Part shown: positions 20,470-30,098 of the stretch, piece by piece
Layout: each line of letters starts with the position of its first letter
How positions within the stretch are numbered: the first letter of the stretch is position 1
DNA from: Candidatus Multivorans sp.
GTDB taxonomy: Bacteria; Acidobacteriota; Thermoanaerobaculia; Multivoradales; Multivoraceae
Reading direction: 5' to 3'
Assembly: GCA_965247095.1 (NCBI GenBank)
Contig: OZ251997.1
Location: forward strand, 2,464,001 to 2,528,000
Length of the DNA: 64,000 bases
The notes under the pieces: generated by a model
What the model was told of the DNA's origin: nothing
Database searches by the model: none
Seen by the model: the letters and a program-made list of their open reading frames with translations, nothing else
Made by a program: the position numbers and the translations under genes

Positions 20470-21435
20470 ATGATTCATGTCCCGGACGAAGAGGGATTCG
20501 ATCCCGGGTCGATCTGGTACGGCTTCCTGCTGGGCTTCCCCATCCTCGGCCTGTGGTACTGGTGTACCGATCAGACCATCGTTCAACGGGTGCTTGGAGC
20601 AGGGACCCTGCGGGACGCGCAGCACGGCGCGCTCTTCGCCTCCCTGCTCAAGATCCTGCCCCCGTTCTTCATGGTCCTGCCGGGTGTACTGGCCTACGTG
20701 CTCTTCCGGGACATCATCGCCGAGCCGAAGGACGCCCTGCCGACGCTGATCACCGAGCTGCTGCCCACAGGGCTCATCGGCATCATGGCCGCGGCGTTGC
20801 TCGCGGCGCTCATGAGCACCATCGCGGCCGCTGTGAACAGCACGGGCACCCTGGTCGCCGTCGACATCGCCAAGCACTTCCGCCCCAGCCTGTCGGAAGC
20901 GTCGCAAGTGCGCATCGGGCGAATCAGCTCCGTGGTCGTAGTGGCCGTCGCGATCGCCTAGTCCACCCAGGGAGACGACCTCGGCTCCATCTTCGAAGCC
21001 ATCAACAAGATGCCGGCGCAGTTCATCGCGCCCCCCATCGCGACCGTCCTCGTCTGGGGCGTGTTCTGGCGGCGCGGCACCGCCCAGGCCGGCACCTTCA
21101 CGCTTCTCTTCGGCTTCCTGGCCGGCTTCATCGTCTTCCTGTTCGACATGGGCTTCGCCTTCCTCGGCGGCGTCCAGTACATCTCCGATCCCGTGAACGG
21201 CCTGGGCATTCCGTTCCTTCTGCAGGCGTGGTGGTACTTCTGCATCCTGAGCGTCGTCTACGTCGCCATCAGCCTGATGACGCCGCCGCCGAAGGCCGAA
21301 CAGATCGACGGCCTGACCTGGGATTCACCGTTCGCGTTCCTTACCCGGTCGGAGATCAGGGGGGTTCGGGATCCGAGGTTGATTGCGGCCGGGCTCGTGG
21401 GTGTGCTCGTGGTGCTGTACGGGTTGGTTCGGTAG
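20470..21435 (+). pseudogene. Sodium:solute symporter, C-terminal half with internal TAG
   Basis: WYWCTDQTIVQRVL, LLAALMST; stop at 20959-20961; 5' half absent. Confidence 0.88.
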
Positions 21436-21467
21436 AACCAACGCGGAAAGGGGCCAGAAACTGTGGC

Positions 21468-21854
21468 TCAGTCGTGTTGCCGCGGCGTTTCGAGAACCTG
21501 CTTCAGCGCCGGCTTGAGTGCAGGAACTTCGGCCTTCACGATGCCCCAAACTATGCCGTCGTCAACCCCGGGGTAGCCATGGATCAGCCGGTTCCTCGTT
21601 GCCACGATCGTTCGCCAGGGAATCTCCGGGTGCCTGGTCCTGACCGCCTCCGGCACATTGCCGGCCGCTTCACCGAGCAGAATCAAGTTCAGCCGAACGG
21701 CGTCGTAGGTACGGCGGTCCGACACGAAGGAGTCTCTATCGAGACCCTGGGTATCTTCCTGAACACGCTCGCAGAAGCCGACCATGTCCCGAACGTAGCA
21801 ACGCCACTCCCGCTTCCGTCCCGTCTCAGACAGCGATGGCCTCGCTTTCGGCAT
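21468..21854 (-). CDS. HepT-like (DUF86) HEPN ribonuclease toxin
   Basis: DAV..NL..LGEA...PEIPW..I...RNRLIHGY; start uncertain. Confidence 0.9.
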   Translation of the reverse strand: MPKARPSLSETGRKREWRCYVRDMVGFCERVQEDTQGLDRDSFVSDRRTYDAVRLNLILLGEAAGNVPEAVRTRHPEIPWRTIVATRNRLIHGYPGVDDGIVWGIVKAEVPALKPALKQVLETPRQHD

Positions 21855-22116
21855 ATGGCCGGAACTCCGGCCGGAGAGCGCTCTCGATCACCAGATCGAT
21901 CTCCCGTCCCAGAAGGTCTTCCAGGTAGAACTGGAGTCCGAAATAGGTGTCCGGCTTCGACGGCCCTTTGAAGCGCACCAGAAGGTCCAGATCACTCTCG
22001 AGGCCTGCCTCGTCGCGAGCGACGGAACCGAACAGCCTCAGATGAGCTACCTCGAACCGGTCAAGGAACACGGGCTTGTGGGCCCGAAGAACCTGGACCA
22101 CCTCGTCTCGCCCCAT
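21826..22116 (-). CDS. MNT nucleotidyltransferase antitoxin
   Basis: LFGSVARDEA..ESDLDLLV, LEDLLGR.IDLV. Confidence 0.92.
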   Translation of the reverse strand: MGRDEVVQVLRAHKPVFLDRFEVAHLRLFGSVARDEAGLESDLDLLVRFKGPSKPDTYFGLQFYLEDLLGREIDLVIESALRPEFRPYAESEAIAV

Positions 22117-22367
22117 CGGAGCATCGCCCCTGCCGATGCGCGCCACGATCGCCCTGACTTCTTGCTCACGCTCGAGCCTCAATGTCGCGGTACCTGAACC
22201 ACCGCAGCCGGGGCGACTGTCGCCAGGCTCAGCGCCGGGTTGATTATCTCGGCGAGCTGCTTCCATACGCCATTCCTACCCCTCTCTGGAGCAGTCTAAC
22301 CCCACGCTGCACACGCCCACATCCTGCTCACGACCCGGGGGCTCGGTCATCACCCGGATGGACTCGA

Positions 22368-22952
22368 CTACCGCCAGAACCAGACCGGAAACGCCAACGT
22401 ACCAATCCGTCGAGCGACGCTGCGAACGGACGCCGGGAACCATGCCAGCTCGCGCCCCGCGCCGTCCCGGGAGTGGGCCGAACGCGCGCGGACGCCTCGC
22501 AAGCCCAAGTCCTTGGCGCGCCTTCCAACGAGATGGCAGCGGTCACGCGCCACCACGGCGCCGTCTCGGTCGAGCGGATAGGTCACAGGCATCCCGGCGG
22601 CTCGGACCCCGGCCCGCGTGTGCATGTCGCAGACGACTTGGCGACGGGGCAACGTGCATTCCACGAGGACCGGTCCGTTGTCTTCCCGAAGTTCTTCCGG
22701 TTCATACGGCCAGCCGGCGATGAAGGCCCGGAGATTCAGGCGCGCCGTCACCATGTCCTCGTTCAGATAGAGGGTCGGGAAACTGTCCGGCGGGTTCCAG
22801 CGGTCGCCCCGTCGTTGCGCGAAGCCCGGGTCGAGTGGATCGGCCCAGGCCGGCTTGGCGATACGCCACCAGGAGTGATCGTCGGGGATTCTCTCGACGA
22901 CCAAGTCCGCCGTCAGCTTTGCGCGCGCTCGAAGTCGAACATGTCGCGGCAT
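22368..22952 (-). CDS. RES domain toxin
   Basis: WWRI...GDRWNPP..FPTLYL...G..G...RSA; start uncertain. Confidence 0.82.
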   Translation of the reverse strand: MPRHVRLRARAKLTADLVVERIPDDHSWWRIAKPAWADPLDPGFAQRRGDRWNPPDSFPTLYLNEDMVTARLNLRAFIAGWPYEPEELREDNGPVLVECTLPRRQVVCDMHTRAGVRAAGMPVTYPLDRDGAVVARDRCHLVGRRAKDLGLRGVRARSAHSRDGAGRELAWFPASVRSVARRIGTLAFPVWFWR

Positions 22953-23278
22953 GCGGACAGCAGCCGGTTTGTGTCGCCCTGGCCCAGCAGATCCAGCAGG
23001 GAGACGCCGTCAAGCTTCGGTATCGGCCGACGCACTACGGCCGGTATCCGGTCGCGCTTGAGATAGCGCTCCAGCAGATCGGTGGCGGCCCTCATATCCG
23101 CCACGGCTACCGCGTGATCCGCCGGCACGTCCCGTCGCAGCCACTTGCCGAACGCCTGACGGCTCACACGGAACGACGCGGCGGCCTTCGTCTGGCTGAG
23201 GCACCAAACCTCGATCGCACGCGTCAATTCCGAAGCGCGCTGGCTAGCAGCACGGCTGCCCACTTCCTCGGGTCGCAT
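22913..23278 (-). CDS. Xre/MbcA-like antitoxin
   Basis: HTH LSQT..A..F.VSRQA..KW plus C-terminal P...LDG.S.LDLL. Confidence 0.78.
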   Translation of the reverse strand: MRPEEVGSRAASQRASELTRAIEVWCLSQTKAAASFRVSRQAFGKWLRRDVPADHAVAVADMRAATDLLERYLKRDRIPAVVRRPIPKLDGVSLLDLLGQGDTNRLLSACRDMFDFERAQS

Positions 23279-23460
23279 TACGCAGGCGGCTGTTCGCTCC
23301 GTGACGACTCAGGGAGCCGAGCCTTGGCGGGCGTCCGCTCCCACTGAGTGCCGGCCAACTCCTCCGGGGAGCCGAAGACCTCGATGAGGGCGTCGGCCTG
23401 TTCCGGAGTGAAACCGGCACCGATCAGGATCGGCCGGGCGATGTGGGGTGGGTACTTCAT
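23278..23460 (-). pseudogene. DUF1640/CCDC90-like N-terminal fragment
   Basis: AGGAG RBS; L..AGFTPEQADALI...ELA. Confidence 0.55.
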
Positions 23461-23471
23461 CGTCGAGTCTC

Positions 23472-23630
23472 CTGAGCTTGAGCGGCCGAATCGACGCGCT
23501 GGACGGCCACCTGACGGGCCGGATCGACGGCCTCAGCAGTCAACTGACGATGATCAAGTGGTTCCTCGGAGCCGTGATCGCCATGATGGCCCCGGCCACG
23601 GTCGCGCTCGTCCGCCTGGCGTTTATGTAG
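23472..23630 (+). pseudogene. DUF1640/CCDC90-like C-terminal fragment (coiled coil plus TM anchor)
   Basis: LSGRIDALDGHLTGRIDGL..L..IKW..G...hydrophobic tail. Confidence 0.55.
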
Positions 23631-23677
23631 ACCGCTGCGCTGCCTACCGACTTGGCGCCGTCGCAGCGGGCCCGACT

Positions 23678-24205
23678 TCAGCCCGCCTTCTTCACCTCGA
23701 ACGGCACGGCGAGCTTCTCCCAGCGCAGCACGACCCACGACTCCACGACTTCAAAATCCATTGCCTCCACGTGGTCGACGGCTTTCGGGGTGGCGGTCAC
23801 CCGCAGCGCGTCCTGACCGGCGTCATACCTGGTGCCCCACTGGTCTGCGACCTTGTTGAAGATGACGGTCCACTCGTTCTCGCCTGGCAGGGTGAAGAGG
23901 CCATAAGTGCCGGCGGCCAGCTTCTCGCCACCGATCTCGACGTCGGCGCTGAAGGTGATGGTGGTGGCCTCGTCGGCGCCGGTACGCCAGACCCTGCCGT
24001 ACGGAACCAGGTCGCCCCAGATCGTCCGCCCCTTCACGTTGGGACGTCCGTACTCCAGCGTCACCGTGACGCCGTCGATCGTCCCCTCCACCTTGCCGTT
24101 CTTGCTCGCCCTGCTCGCGTCGTCTTCGCGCTGCGCCACCGCGGGAAGCGCCGTGACCAGGAGGGCCGTGAAGATCAGCGGAATCGTTGCTCGGTACTTG
24201 TGCAT
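23678..24205 (-). CDS. DUF2911 domain protein
   Basis: YGRP.VKGRTIWG.LVPYG.VWRTGADEAT. Confidence 0.9.
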   Translation of the reverse strand: MHKYRATIPLIFTALLVTALPAVAQREDDASRASKNGKVEGTIDGVTVTLEYGRPNVKGRTIWGDLVPYGRVWRTGADEATTITFSADVEIGGEKLAAGTYGLFTLPGENEWTVIFNKVADQWGTRYDAGQDALRVTATPKAVDHVEAMDFEVVESWVVLRWEKLAVPFEVKKAG

Positions 24206-24331
24206 TTCGTCCTCCAGCTAAGAGAGTGTTAGATCGGCTTTCGCGCGCCGATGCCACCGTAGGATAGACCGACTCCTCGCGGAGAACTATCCCGACGGCG
24301 GAACAACTCTAGAGCGTCCTGGAGCCATCGC

Positions 24332-25735
24332 ATGGTGAAACCCCTCGGCCGATTCCTCGCCGTGCTGCTGATTGCGGCCTGCGCCTGCCAACCGGAGGCC
24401 GGCGACGATCCGCCCAACGTCGTGCTGCTCATGGCCGATGACATGGGTTGGGCACAGACCGGCTACTACGGCCATCCACTACTGAACACGCCCCATCTCG
24501 ACGCCATGGCCCGCGCCGGCCTGCGCATGGACCGGTTCTACGCCGGCGCGCCGAGTTGCTCCCCTACGCGCGCATCGGTCATGACGGGCCGCACCAATGA
24601 TCGCACCGGGGTCTTCCGGGTCGGCGACTCGATCAACAAGCAGGAGAAGATGCTCGCTGCGGCGTTCCGGCAAGCCGGCTACGCAACGGCCCACTTCGGC
24701 AAGTGGCATCTGAACCGCGTCAATCCAATCGGCGACAATCCGCTTCCCAAGGACGATCCCCATAATCCCGGCGAACTCGGCTTCGACTACTGGTTGAGCC
24801 ACACCAACCAGTTCAACCTGGACCCCACACTAAGCGAGAACGGGGCGCCGAAGCAGTTCAAGGGCGACTCGTCGGAAGTCCTTGTCGCCGAAGCGCTGCG
24901 CTACATCTCGGAGCAGGCGGAAAGCGGCAGACCCGTGTTCGCGGTGATCTGGTACGCCTCCCCGCACCGACCTCTTGCCGCCTTCCCGGAAGACGCCGAG
25001 CCCTTCGCGGCGCTGGACGACGGTTCCAGGGCACACCACGGCGAGATCGTCGCTCTGGACCGCTCCATCGGTGCTCTCCGCAAGGGCTTGCGCGAACTCG
25101 GCATCGCCGACAACACCCTGCTGTGGTTCACCAGCGACAACGGGGGTTTGCCCAATATCGACTACGGCCCCGAGCATCCCGGCATCCGTCCCGACACCAC
25201 CGGCCACCTGCGCGGCTTCAAGAAGGACTTCTACGAGGGCGGCTTGCGTGTACCGACGATCATCGAATGGCCACGCGGCATCGCCCCGAGGACCTCCAAC
25301 TTTCCGGCCAGCACCATGGACATCTTCCCCACGCTGATCGAGATCGCGAAGCTCGACCCGATGTCGATCAACGCCATGGGCGACGGCATCTCCATCGCCC
25401 ACGCATTCGACTCCGAGCCCGCCCGCAGGGATCGGCCCATCGGCTTCCGAGCCAGCGGCGGCCTCGCCTGGCTCGACAACGACTACAAGCTGATGAGGAA
25501 CTACACCTCCGACACACCCGATGCCTACGAGCTCTACAACCTGATCGGCGATCCACAGGAACAGCAGAACCTGATCGAACAGCAAACCCAGATTGCCACC
25601 CGTATGCGCTCGGAACTAGATGCCTGGAACCGGTCCGTCGACGCGAGCATCACCGGCGCCGACTACCCGGAGGGCAGGGTTCTGCCTTCCGGTCGCGAGC
25701 CGAAGGAGACGACGGCGCCGGCGACCGACGGGTGA
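24332..25735 (+). CDS. Cys-type sulfatase (lipoprotein-like signal)
   Basis: PNVVLLMADD, CSPTRAS..TGR, GKWHL, SDNG, YEGGLRVP. Confidence 0.93.
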   Translation: MVKPLGRFLAVLLIAACACQPEAGDDPPNVVLLMADDMGWAQTGYYGHPLLNTPHLDAMARAGLRMDRFYAGAPSCSPTRASVMTGRTNDRTGVFRVGDSINKQEKMLAAAFRQAGYATAHFGKWHLNRVNPIGDNPLPKDDPHNPGELGFDYWLSHTNQFNLDPTLSENGAPKQFKGDSSEVLVAEALRYISEQAESGRPVFAVIWYASPHRPLAAFPEDAEPFAALDDGSRAHHGEIVALDRSIGALRKGLRELGIADNTLLWFTSDNGGLPNIDYGPEHPGIRPDTTGHLRGFKKDFYEGGLRVPTIIEWPRGIAPRTSNFPASTMDIFPTLIEIAKLDPMSINAMGDGISIAHAFDSEPARRDRPIGFRASGGLAWLDNDYKLMRNYTSDTPDAYELYNLIGDPQEQQNLIEQQTQIATRMRSELDAWNRSVDASITGADYPEGRVLPSGREPKETTAPATDG

Positions 25736-25768
25736 GACGCAGGCCACGGGCCGGCGCTGCAAACCAGG

Positions 25769-25916
25769 TTACTGCGCCAGCAGCTTCCCCAAGTCATCGT
25801 TCTCGCGCATGGAGTCTTCCAGATGCCGAAGCGCGTCCGGCCGCACACGGCGCCGCGCCAGGTATTCCTCGATCGCCTCGGAGAGCACTCCCGAGACGCT
25901 CCGTTTGGTCTCCCTT
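25769..25916 (-). pseudogene. 3' part of an RHH antitoxin paralogous to 5139-5351, no toxin
   Basis: ETKRSVSGVLSEAIEEYLARRRVRPDALRHLEDSMRENDDLGKLLAQ*. Confidence 0.85.
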
Positions 25917-26104
25917 GGGGGACTATATCCCTGTTACCCACCCGGAAACGGTGCAGCATAACGGTTTCGGACCGTAGCTCGCGAAGCCGGCGGTGGCAAC
26001 CCGAACGAGGGGTGCGGTCAAACGACCCGACGACGCGGAAGCGGGAACGCCCCAGTGGCTGCCGTTCAAGACCATCGGCCAGCCACCGACCGCCCACACG
26101 CTTG

Positions 26105-26764
26105 TCACTGAATCTCAACTCGAAGTGCGTTGATCTGTTCCATCAACAAGTTGACCATGTGTGCCGAGATGCGCAACTCGTCTTCGGGGATCTCGCCCCA
26201 GAGCAGCGGCAGCACTTCCATTTTCTTCCTGTCCTCCTTTCGTACTCTCCATCCCGCGTGAAGGATGGCGTTCCGCACGTGACGAAGATCGCCCAGAAGT
26301 TGGCACTGAACCGCATCGGGTCTGACGTCGAACATGCGTGCAATCTTTGGGCGACAACCGTGCTCCCAGAGAGAGAAGACGAAGACCATGAACGCATTGG
26401 CATCACGGTAGCCGAAGACTCCACCTTTCAACACGCCATCTAGGACCTCCCTGTGTGTCATTGCCGCGAGAGTACAGCTACCAGGCACATTTTCGCTGGC
26501 TGGGGGTCCAGTCCCCACCGACAGGAGCATGTCTGCACGCTCCGGATCCCAGAGGAACTGCCACTCCTTGGACGTTGGGACCCAGCCTCGTAACTCTACA
26601 TTGAGTGCGAAGACCATGTACTGTTCATGGCACCTCGAACGGAACGCCTCAAGTTCCGCACGAGCCGTTGCTACAGCTTCCGCGTCAGCGCCCGCGGGAG
26701 GGCACAGGTCTACCTCGGCAGGCCCGCCGGTCCAGTACAACCCCTGTTCCATAGCTGGCTCCAT
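26105..26764 (-). CDS. Hypothetical protein with HEPN-like RxxxxH motif
   Basis: LGDLRHVRNAILH in a helical C-half; visibly less GC-rich. Confidence 0.6.
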   Translation of the reverse strand: MEPAMEQGLYWTGGPAEVDLCPPAGADAEAVATARAELEAFRSRCHEQYMVFALNVELRGWVPTSKEWQFLWDPERADMLLSVGTGPPASENVPGSCTLAAMTHREVLDGVLKGGVFGYRDANAFMVFVFSLWEHGCRPKIARMFDVRPDAVQCQLLGDLRHVRNAILHAGWRVRKEDRKKMEVLPLLWGEIPEDELRISAHMVNLLMEQINALRVEIQ

Positions 26765-26795
26765 CACTCCAGAGAGGGGAACTGCTTGCTTCCTG

Positions 26796-27212
26796 TCAGA
26801 GCGCTCGGCAGGTGCCGAGGAACTGCGACGGGCTCGGTCCTCCGACGGCCGTGTGCCGTGAGTACACCGCCACGAATGGCTGGAGAATCCCGTCATCGTC
26901 CTTCCGCCAAGCGTAGACCGTGAGCAGGTTCACTGCGCCCGGCGGCGTCCGTTCGATAAACGATGCACTGTCACGGCCCAATACCGCGACCAGGTTAGCC
27001 GTTCCGACATTGCCGAGCATCCTGGCGGTTCCAGCTTCGTAGTCCACGTCACCGAGGGTGATGCTGCTGCTGAACTCGTCCCCGAAATCGCATTGGAAGC
27101 TACGAGTCGTCCGCAGCAGTTCCACTGCGTCCGAGTCTGGAAACAGGCTAGTATACTCGGCTCCTGTGCAACTGAGAACAACGAGGACAGCGCACGCCAC
27201 GTAGTTCTTCAC
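26796..27212 (-). CDS. Hypothetical lipoprotein
   Basis: MKNYVACAVLVVLSC lipobox-like start; 138 aa. Confidence 0.6.
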   Translation of the reverse strand: MKNYVACAVLVVLSCTGAEYTSLFPDSDAVELLRTTRSFQCDFGDEFSSSITLGDVDYEAGTARMLGNVGTANLVAVLGRDSASFIERTPPGAVNLLTVYAWRKDDDGILQPFVAVYSRHTAVGGPSPSQFLGTCRAL

Positions 27213-27409
27213 CGGCAGTCGGCCTCATTGACGCCCACAGCCCACACGGTGTTCCAGAACGAGAGCGGTTCTCTACTCACTGGCGCGTCTTCCATGGCCC
27301 ACGACATTCTTTCGACATGAACTGCTCCAAGGTAATCCACTCCCGATTCTGGAGTGTAGCTATCACGTCGAAATCTCGCTCGCTCCCCGCAGCCCACCGA
27401 ATCAAGCGC

Positions 27410-27550
27410 CTTCAATGAGCAGGCGGGGGTCGTCGCCCTCTCCTCCAGCGCCGGATTCAGGTAGGCAGCCGCGTCCTCCGGCGACTTGAGATAGTCGCTG
27501 GCCCTATGAGCCTTCACGGGCATTCCGCTTCTCCTGTTTGTACGCACGCC
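27410..27550 (-). pseudogene. Addiction-module remnant (killer 3' end plus antidote 5' end)
   Basis: WRAYKQEKRNA overlapping MPVK....SDYLKSPEDAAAYLN.ALEE. Confidence 0.65.
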
Positions 27551-27795
27551 AGCAGGCGTGTGTGGACGGCTGCGGCGGCTCCTCGCCGTTCCCTCGCATA
27601 TCCTCGACGCAGCCGGTAACCAGCTCCCGGACGCCAGCCAGCGCTTCGTCGGGCGTCGGCGCCAGCCAACTGAGCGACGGGAACTCGACGCAAAGGCCCA
27701 AGTGCTCCTCGTCTTCGGCTGACCAGGTGACACGGTAAGTGTAGTGGTCCCTCATTCGCTCCCCTCGCGCTTGTCGATCGCCAACGCGGATGTAC
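27551..27795 (-). pseudogene. HicAB remnant (hicA tail plus hicB N-half)
   Basis: LAIDKREGSE* coupled to MRDHYTYRVTWS.ED.EH.GLC.EFPSLSWLA; RHH half missing. Confidence 0.75.
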
Positions 27796-27801
27796 CGCCC
27801 G

Positions 27802-28584
27802 CTACGCCAGTCCGCCGAGATCCACGATCAACGGAGCGCTGGATGGCCAGTTTCGGCCCGGAAGCTCCTGGACCGGGGCTCGGTACTCCAGATCGACCCG
27901 CGCTGAGGCCACCGACTCCGCGACGCCCTCGCTGCCGAGGATCAGTTGCAGCCTGGCCGTGGGCGGAAGCCGGGGATTGAAGTCGTAGTTGAAGCCCGGG
28001 TCCGAAAGCGGGTTGGCGCGCCGATAGAGGTCCACGAACCCGGCACCGAAGATTGCCTCCAGTCGCTTCTTCTCCTCCGAAGTCCGGTTCAGGATGCCGG
28101 GCTTCGCGGGGACGTCAGGCAGAACGTTGAAGTCGCCGCACAGCACTGAGTAGCCCGAGCTGGTCCGTCGCTCGCCGATGTGCCGGATCAGGCGATCCAG
28201 CCAGGCGACCTTGTGCGCCAAAGCGCCAGGGATTCCACGCTTCTTCGGATTGCCGAAGGGTGCGTACACGGAGGAGACCACCAGATCGGCAACTCGGGCG
28301 GTCAGCAACCCGTCGTCCGGTCGATCGCCGCCCGGCAGTCCCCTGTCCAGAATCTCGGGCGTCGGCAGATCGCTCCGGCTGAGCAGGGCGACGCCATACA
28401 GGGATTGCCGGCGAAGAGCCTCGGAGCGGTAGCCGACACGAGCCAACTCTTCTGTCGGGAACTTAGCCTCCGGAGCGCGGATCTTCTGAAGCGCCACGAC
28501 ATCGGGCCGGCGGCGTTCAAGCCAGTGGCATAGGACATCCAGGCGACCGCGAACGCCACCGATGCACCAGGTCGCGACCCTCAT
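27802..28584 (-). CDS. Exonuclease III (Xth/EEP) homolog with degenerate active site
   Basis: MRVATW, PDVVALQ, GVALLSR, SVYAP.G, CGDFN, GFVD.YR; catalytic E, D and H absent. Confidence 0.8.
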   Translation of the reverse strand: MRVATWCIGGVRGRLDVLCHWLERRRPDVVALQKIRAPEAKFPTEELARVGYRSEALRRQSLYGVALLSRSDLPTPEILDRGLPGGDRPDDGLLTARVADLVVSSVYAPFGNPKKRGIPGALAHKVAWLDRLIRHIGERRTSSGYSVLCGDFNVLPDVPAKPGILNRTSEEKKRLEAIFGAGFVDLYRRANPLSDPGFNYDFNPRLPPTARLQLILGSEGVAESVASARVDLEYRAPVQELPGRNWPSSAPLIVDLGGLA

Positions 28585-28589
28585 CGACC

Positions 28590-28672
28590 GCCCCCCGGGA
28601 CCGGCAGCCGCGTCGGCCAGTAGATCTTGATCATGGTCCCTTTGGGTCCTCGAAGTAGAAGCTGGGGACACT
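28590..28672 (-). pseudogene. VOC/glyoxalase C-terminal remnant
   Basis: SFYFEDPKG then frameshift to TMIKIYWPT. Confidence 0.5.
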
Positions 28673-28792
28673 ACCCGACCATCTCAGCTTCGCCGGCAAC
28701 CCGGAGAGTGGCCGACCGGGACCGGACTGCGTGGTAGCTTGCCTCGCGCTCCCAACCGTCCCGCCTTTCCAACTCCAAAGGGGTACTCGACC

Positions 28793-29254
28793 ATGAACCG
28801 TCTCCCTGTGGCCGGCCGTCGCTTGGCCTGCCTCGCGCTCCTCGCACTCGCCGTACCACCTTCGGCGTCGAGCCAGGAGATGACGATCGGCAATGGAGAG
28901 AAGAACGCGATCATCGTCGACGGCATGACCCGCGAGGCCCGGACATTCACGTTCCGGGAGGTGACGCTCGCAGAGCCGGGATGGCTGGTGCTGCACCCCT
29001 TCGAGGGCGGTGAGGTGCAGGGCGAGATCTATGTCGGCGCGAAGTACCTCCCCGCCGGTACTCACGAGAGCGTCACAATCGACGTCCAGACGGCCCCCGA
29101 GCCGGCGCCCGGCACGCAGTTCATCGTGATGCTGCACGGTGACGTCGACCGCGACGAGACCTTCGACTTCTTCTTTGTCGACGAGAGGAACGTCGCCGAC
29201 AAGGCCGTGTTCGAGGGCTCGACGATGATCGGCCACGTGATCGCGGCGCCATGA
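28793..29254 (+). CDS. Secreted hypothetical protein
   Basis: Signal peptide ending ASS-Q; V.LAEPGWLVLH...VG..YLPAG...MLH.D. Confidence 0.75.
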   Translation: MNRLPVAGRRLACLALLALAVPPSASSQEMTIGNGEKNAIIVDGMTREARTFTFREVTLAEPGWLVLHPFEGGEVQGEIYVGAKYLPAGTHESVTIDVQTAPEPAPGTQFIVMLHGDVDRDETFDFFFVDERNVADKAVFEGSTMIGHVIAAP

Positions 29255-29299
29255 AAGTGGGGCCGCACACTCAGTCGGGCGCTGCGATGGAAGCCACGG

Positions 29300-29451
29300 C
29301 CCCCGTCCGCGAACTGACCCGCAAAGATCTTGACCGCCAGCGCCTGCGCGACCGGCTCCTCACGGGCGCGGCGTCGCCACGAACCGGCAAGGCCGTCGCC
29401 GCCTACTTCGACCAGCTCCGCGGCCGGGTCCGCGAAGCCGGCCCGCGCTGA
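29300..29451 (+). pseudogene. ParD-type antitoxin C-terminal remnant
   Basis: VRELTRKDLDRQRLR..LL.GA.S.....AYFD.LR.RVR. Confidence 0.65.
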
Positions 29452-29486
29452 GCGGCGTCCCTACTCCTCTACGTCGAAAGGCGGAT

Positions 29487-29834
29487 TCAGCCCGGAACGA
29501 GATCGTCCAGGCCGATACCGAGGGCATCGGCAAGCCGCCGCAGGGTGTGAACGGAGCCGGTTCGGCGACCTGCTTCGATGTCAACGATCTGGACGCGGCT
29601 CGTGTCGGCGGCGCGGCCCAAGGCGGACTGCGAGAAGCCGCGGTGTTCGCGCCAGACCCGCAGAGGCGGCTCGCCGTCGATCAGCCGCTCGGCGACCGCC
29701 TCAGGAAGGAACTCCTCAGTTCCAGCGTCGATTCTCGCCTGCACGGCGAGTGCGGCCTGAACGTCGGCCAGATCCTCCTCGACGGTGCACAGGCGCTGAT
29801 ACTCGGCCTTCGGGATCGTCACGGTGTCAGTCAT
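29487..29834 (-). CDS. Xre-HTH antitoxin
   Basis: PLRVWREHRG.SQ..L...IE.GRR.GSV..L..LA.ALG. Confidence 0.88.
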   Translation of the reverse strand: MTDTVTIPKAEYQRLCTVEEDLADVQAALAVQARIDAGTEEFLPEAVAERLIDGEPPLRVWREHRGFSQSALGRAADTSRVQIVDIEAGRRTGSVHTLRRLADALGIGLDDLVPG

Positions 29835-29837
29835 GGG

Positions 29838-30092
29838 TCACTCCTTGTAAGCACTACCGCGGCTGGCGACGTGAAGAACCTCAAGCCGGTCACCGTCACG
29901 GATGATGGCCCGCCAGTCACCGACTCGGAGTCGGAGTAGTCCACCGTAGCCCCGCAGTCGGGACACGTTGTTCGCTTGGGAAGCGGGGTCTTCGACGAAA
30001 GCCCGGATCTTGCGGCGTAGGCGGATGGCGTTGTTGCGGGGCATACGGGTGAGGATCCTCACGGCGCTACGGCTGTAGACGATCTCCTTCAC
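29838..30092 (-). CDS. RelE/ParE family toxin
   Basis: NNV..L.G....RLRVGDWR.I.......RGSAY. Confidence 0.9.
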   Translation of the reverse strand: MKEIVYSRSAVRILTRMPRNNAIRLRRKIRAFVEDPASQANNVSRLRGYGGLLRLRVGDWRAIIRDGDRLEVLHVASRGSAYKE

Positions 30093-30098
30093 TGGGGG

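Noticed and set aside
17022-20961. Stop-codon reassignment suggested by in-frame TAG/TGA in the DUF1549/1553 and symporter genes
   Set aside because: The stops replace different expected residues (TAG for Tyr at 17022, TGA for Arg at 18258, TAG for probable Trp at 20959), both genes have other lesions, and TAG/TGA end intact genes normally
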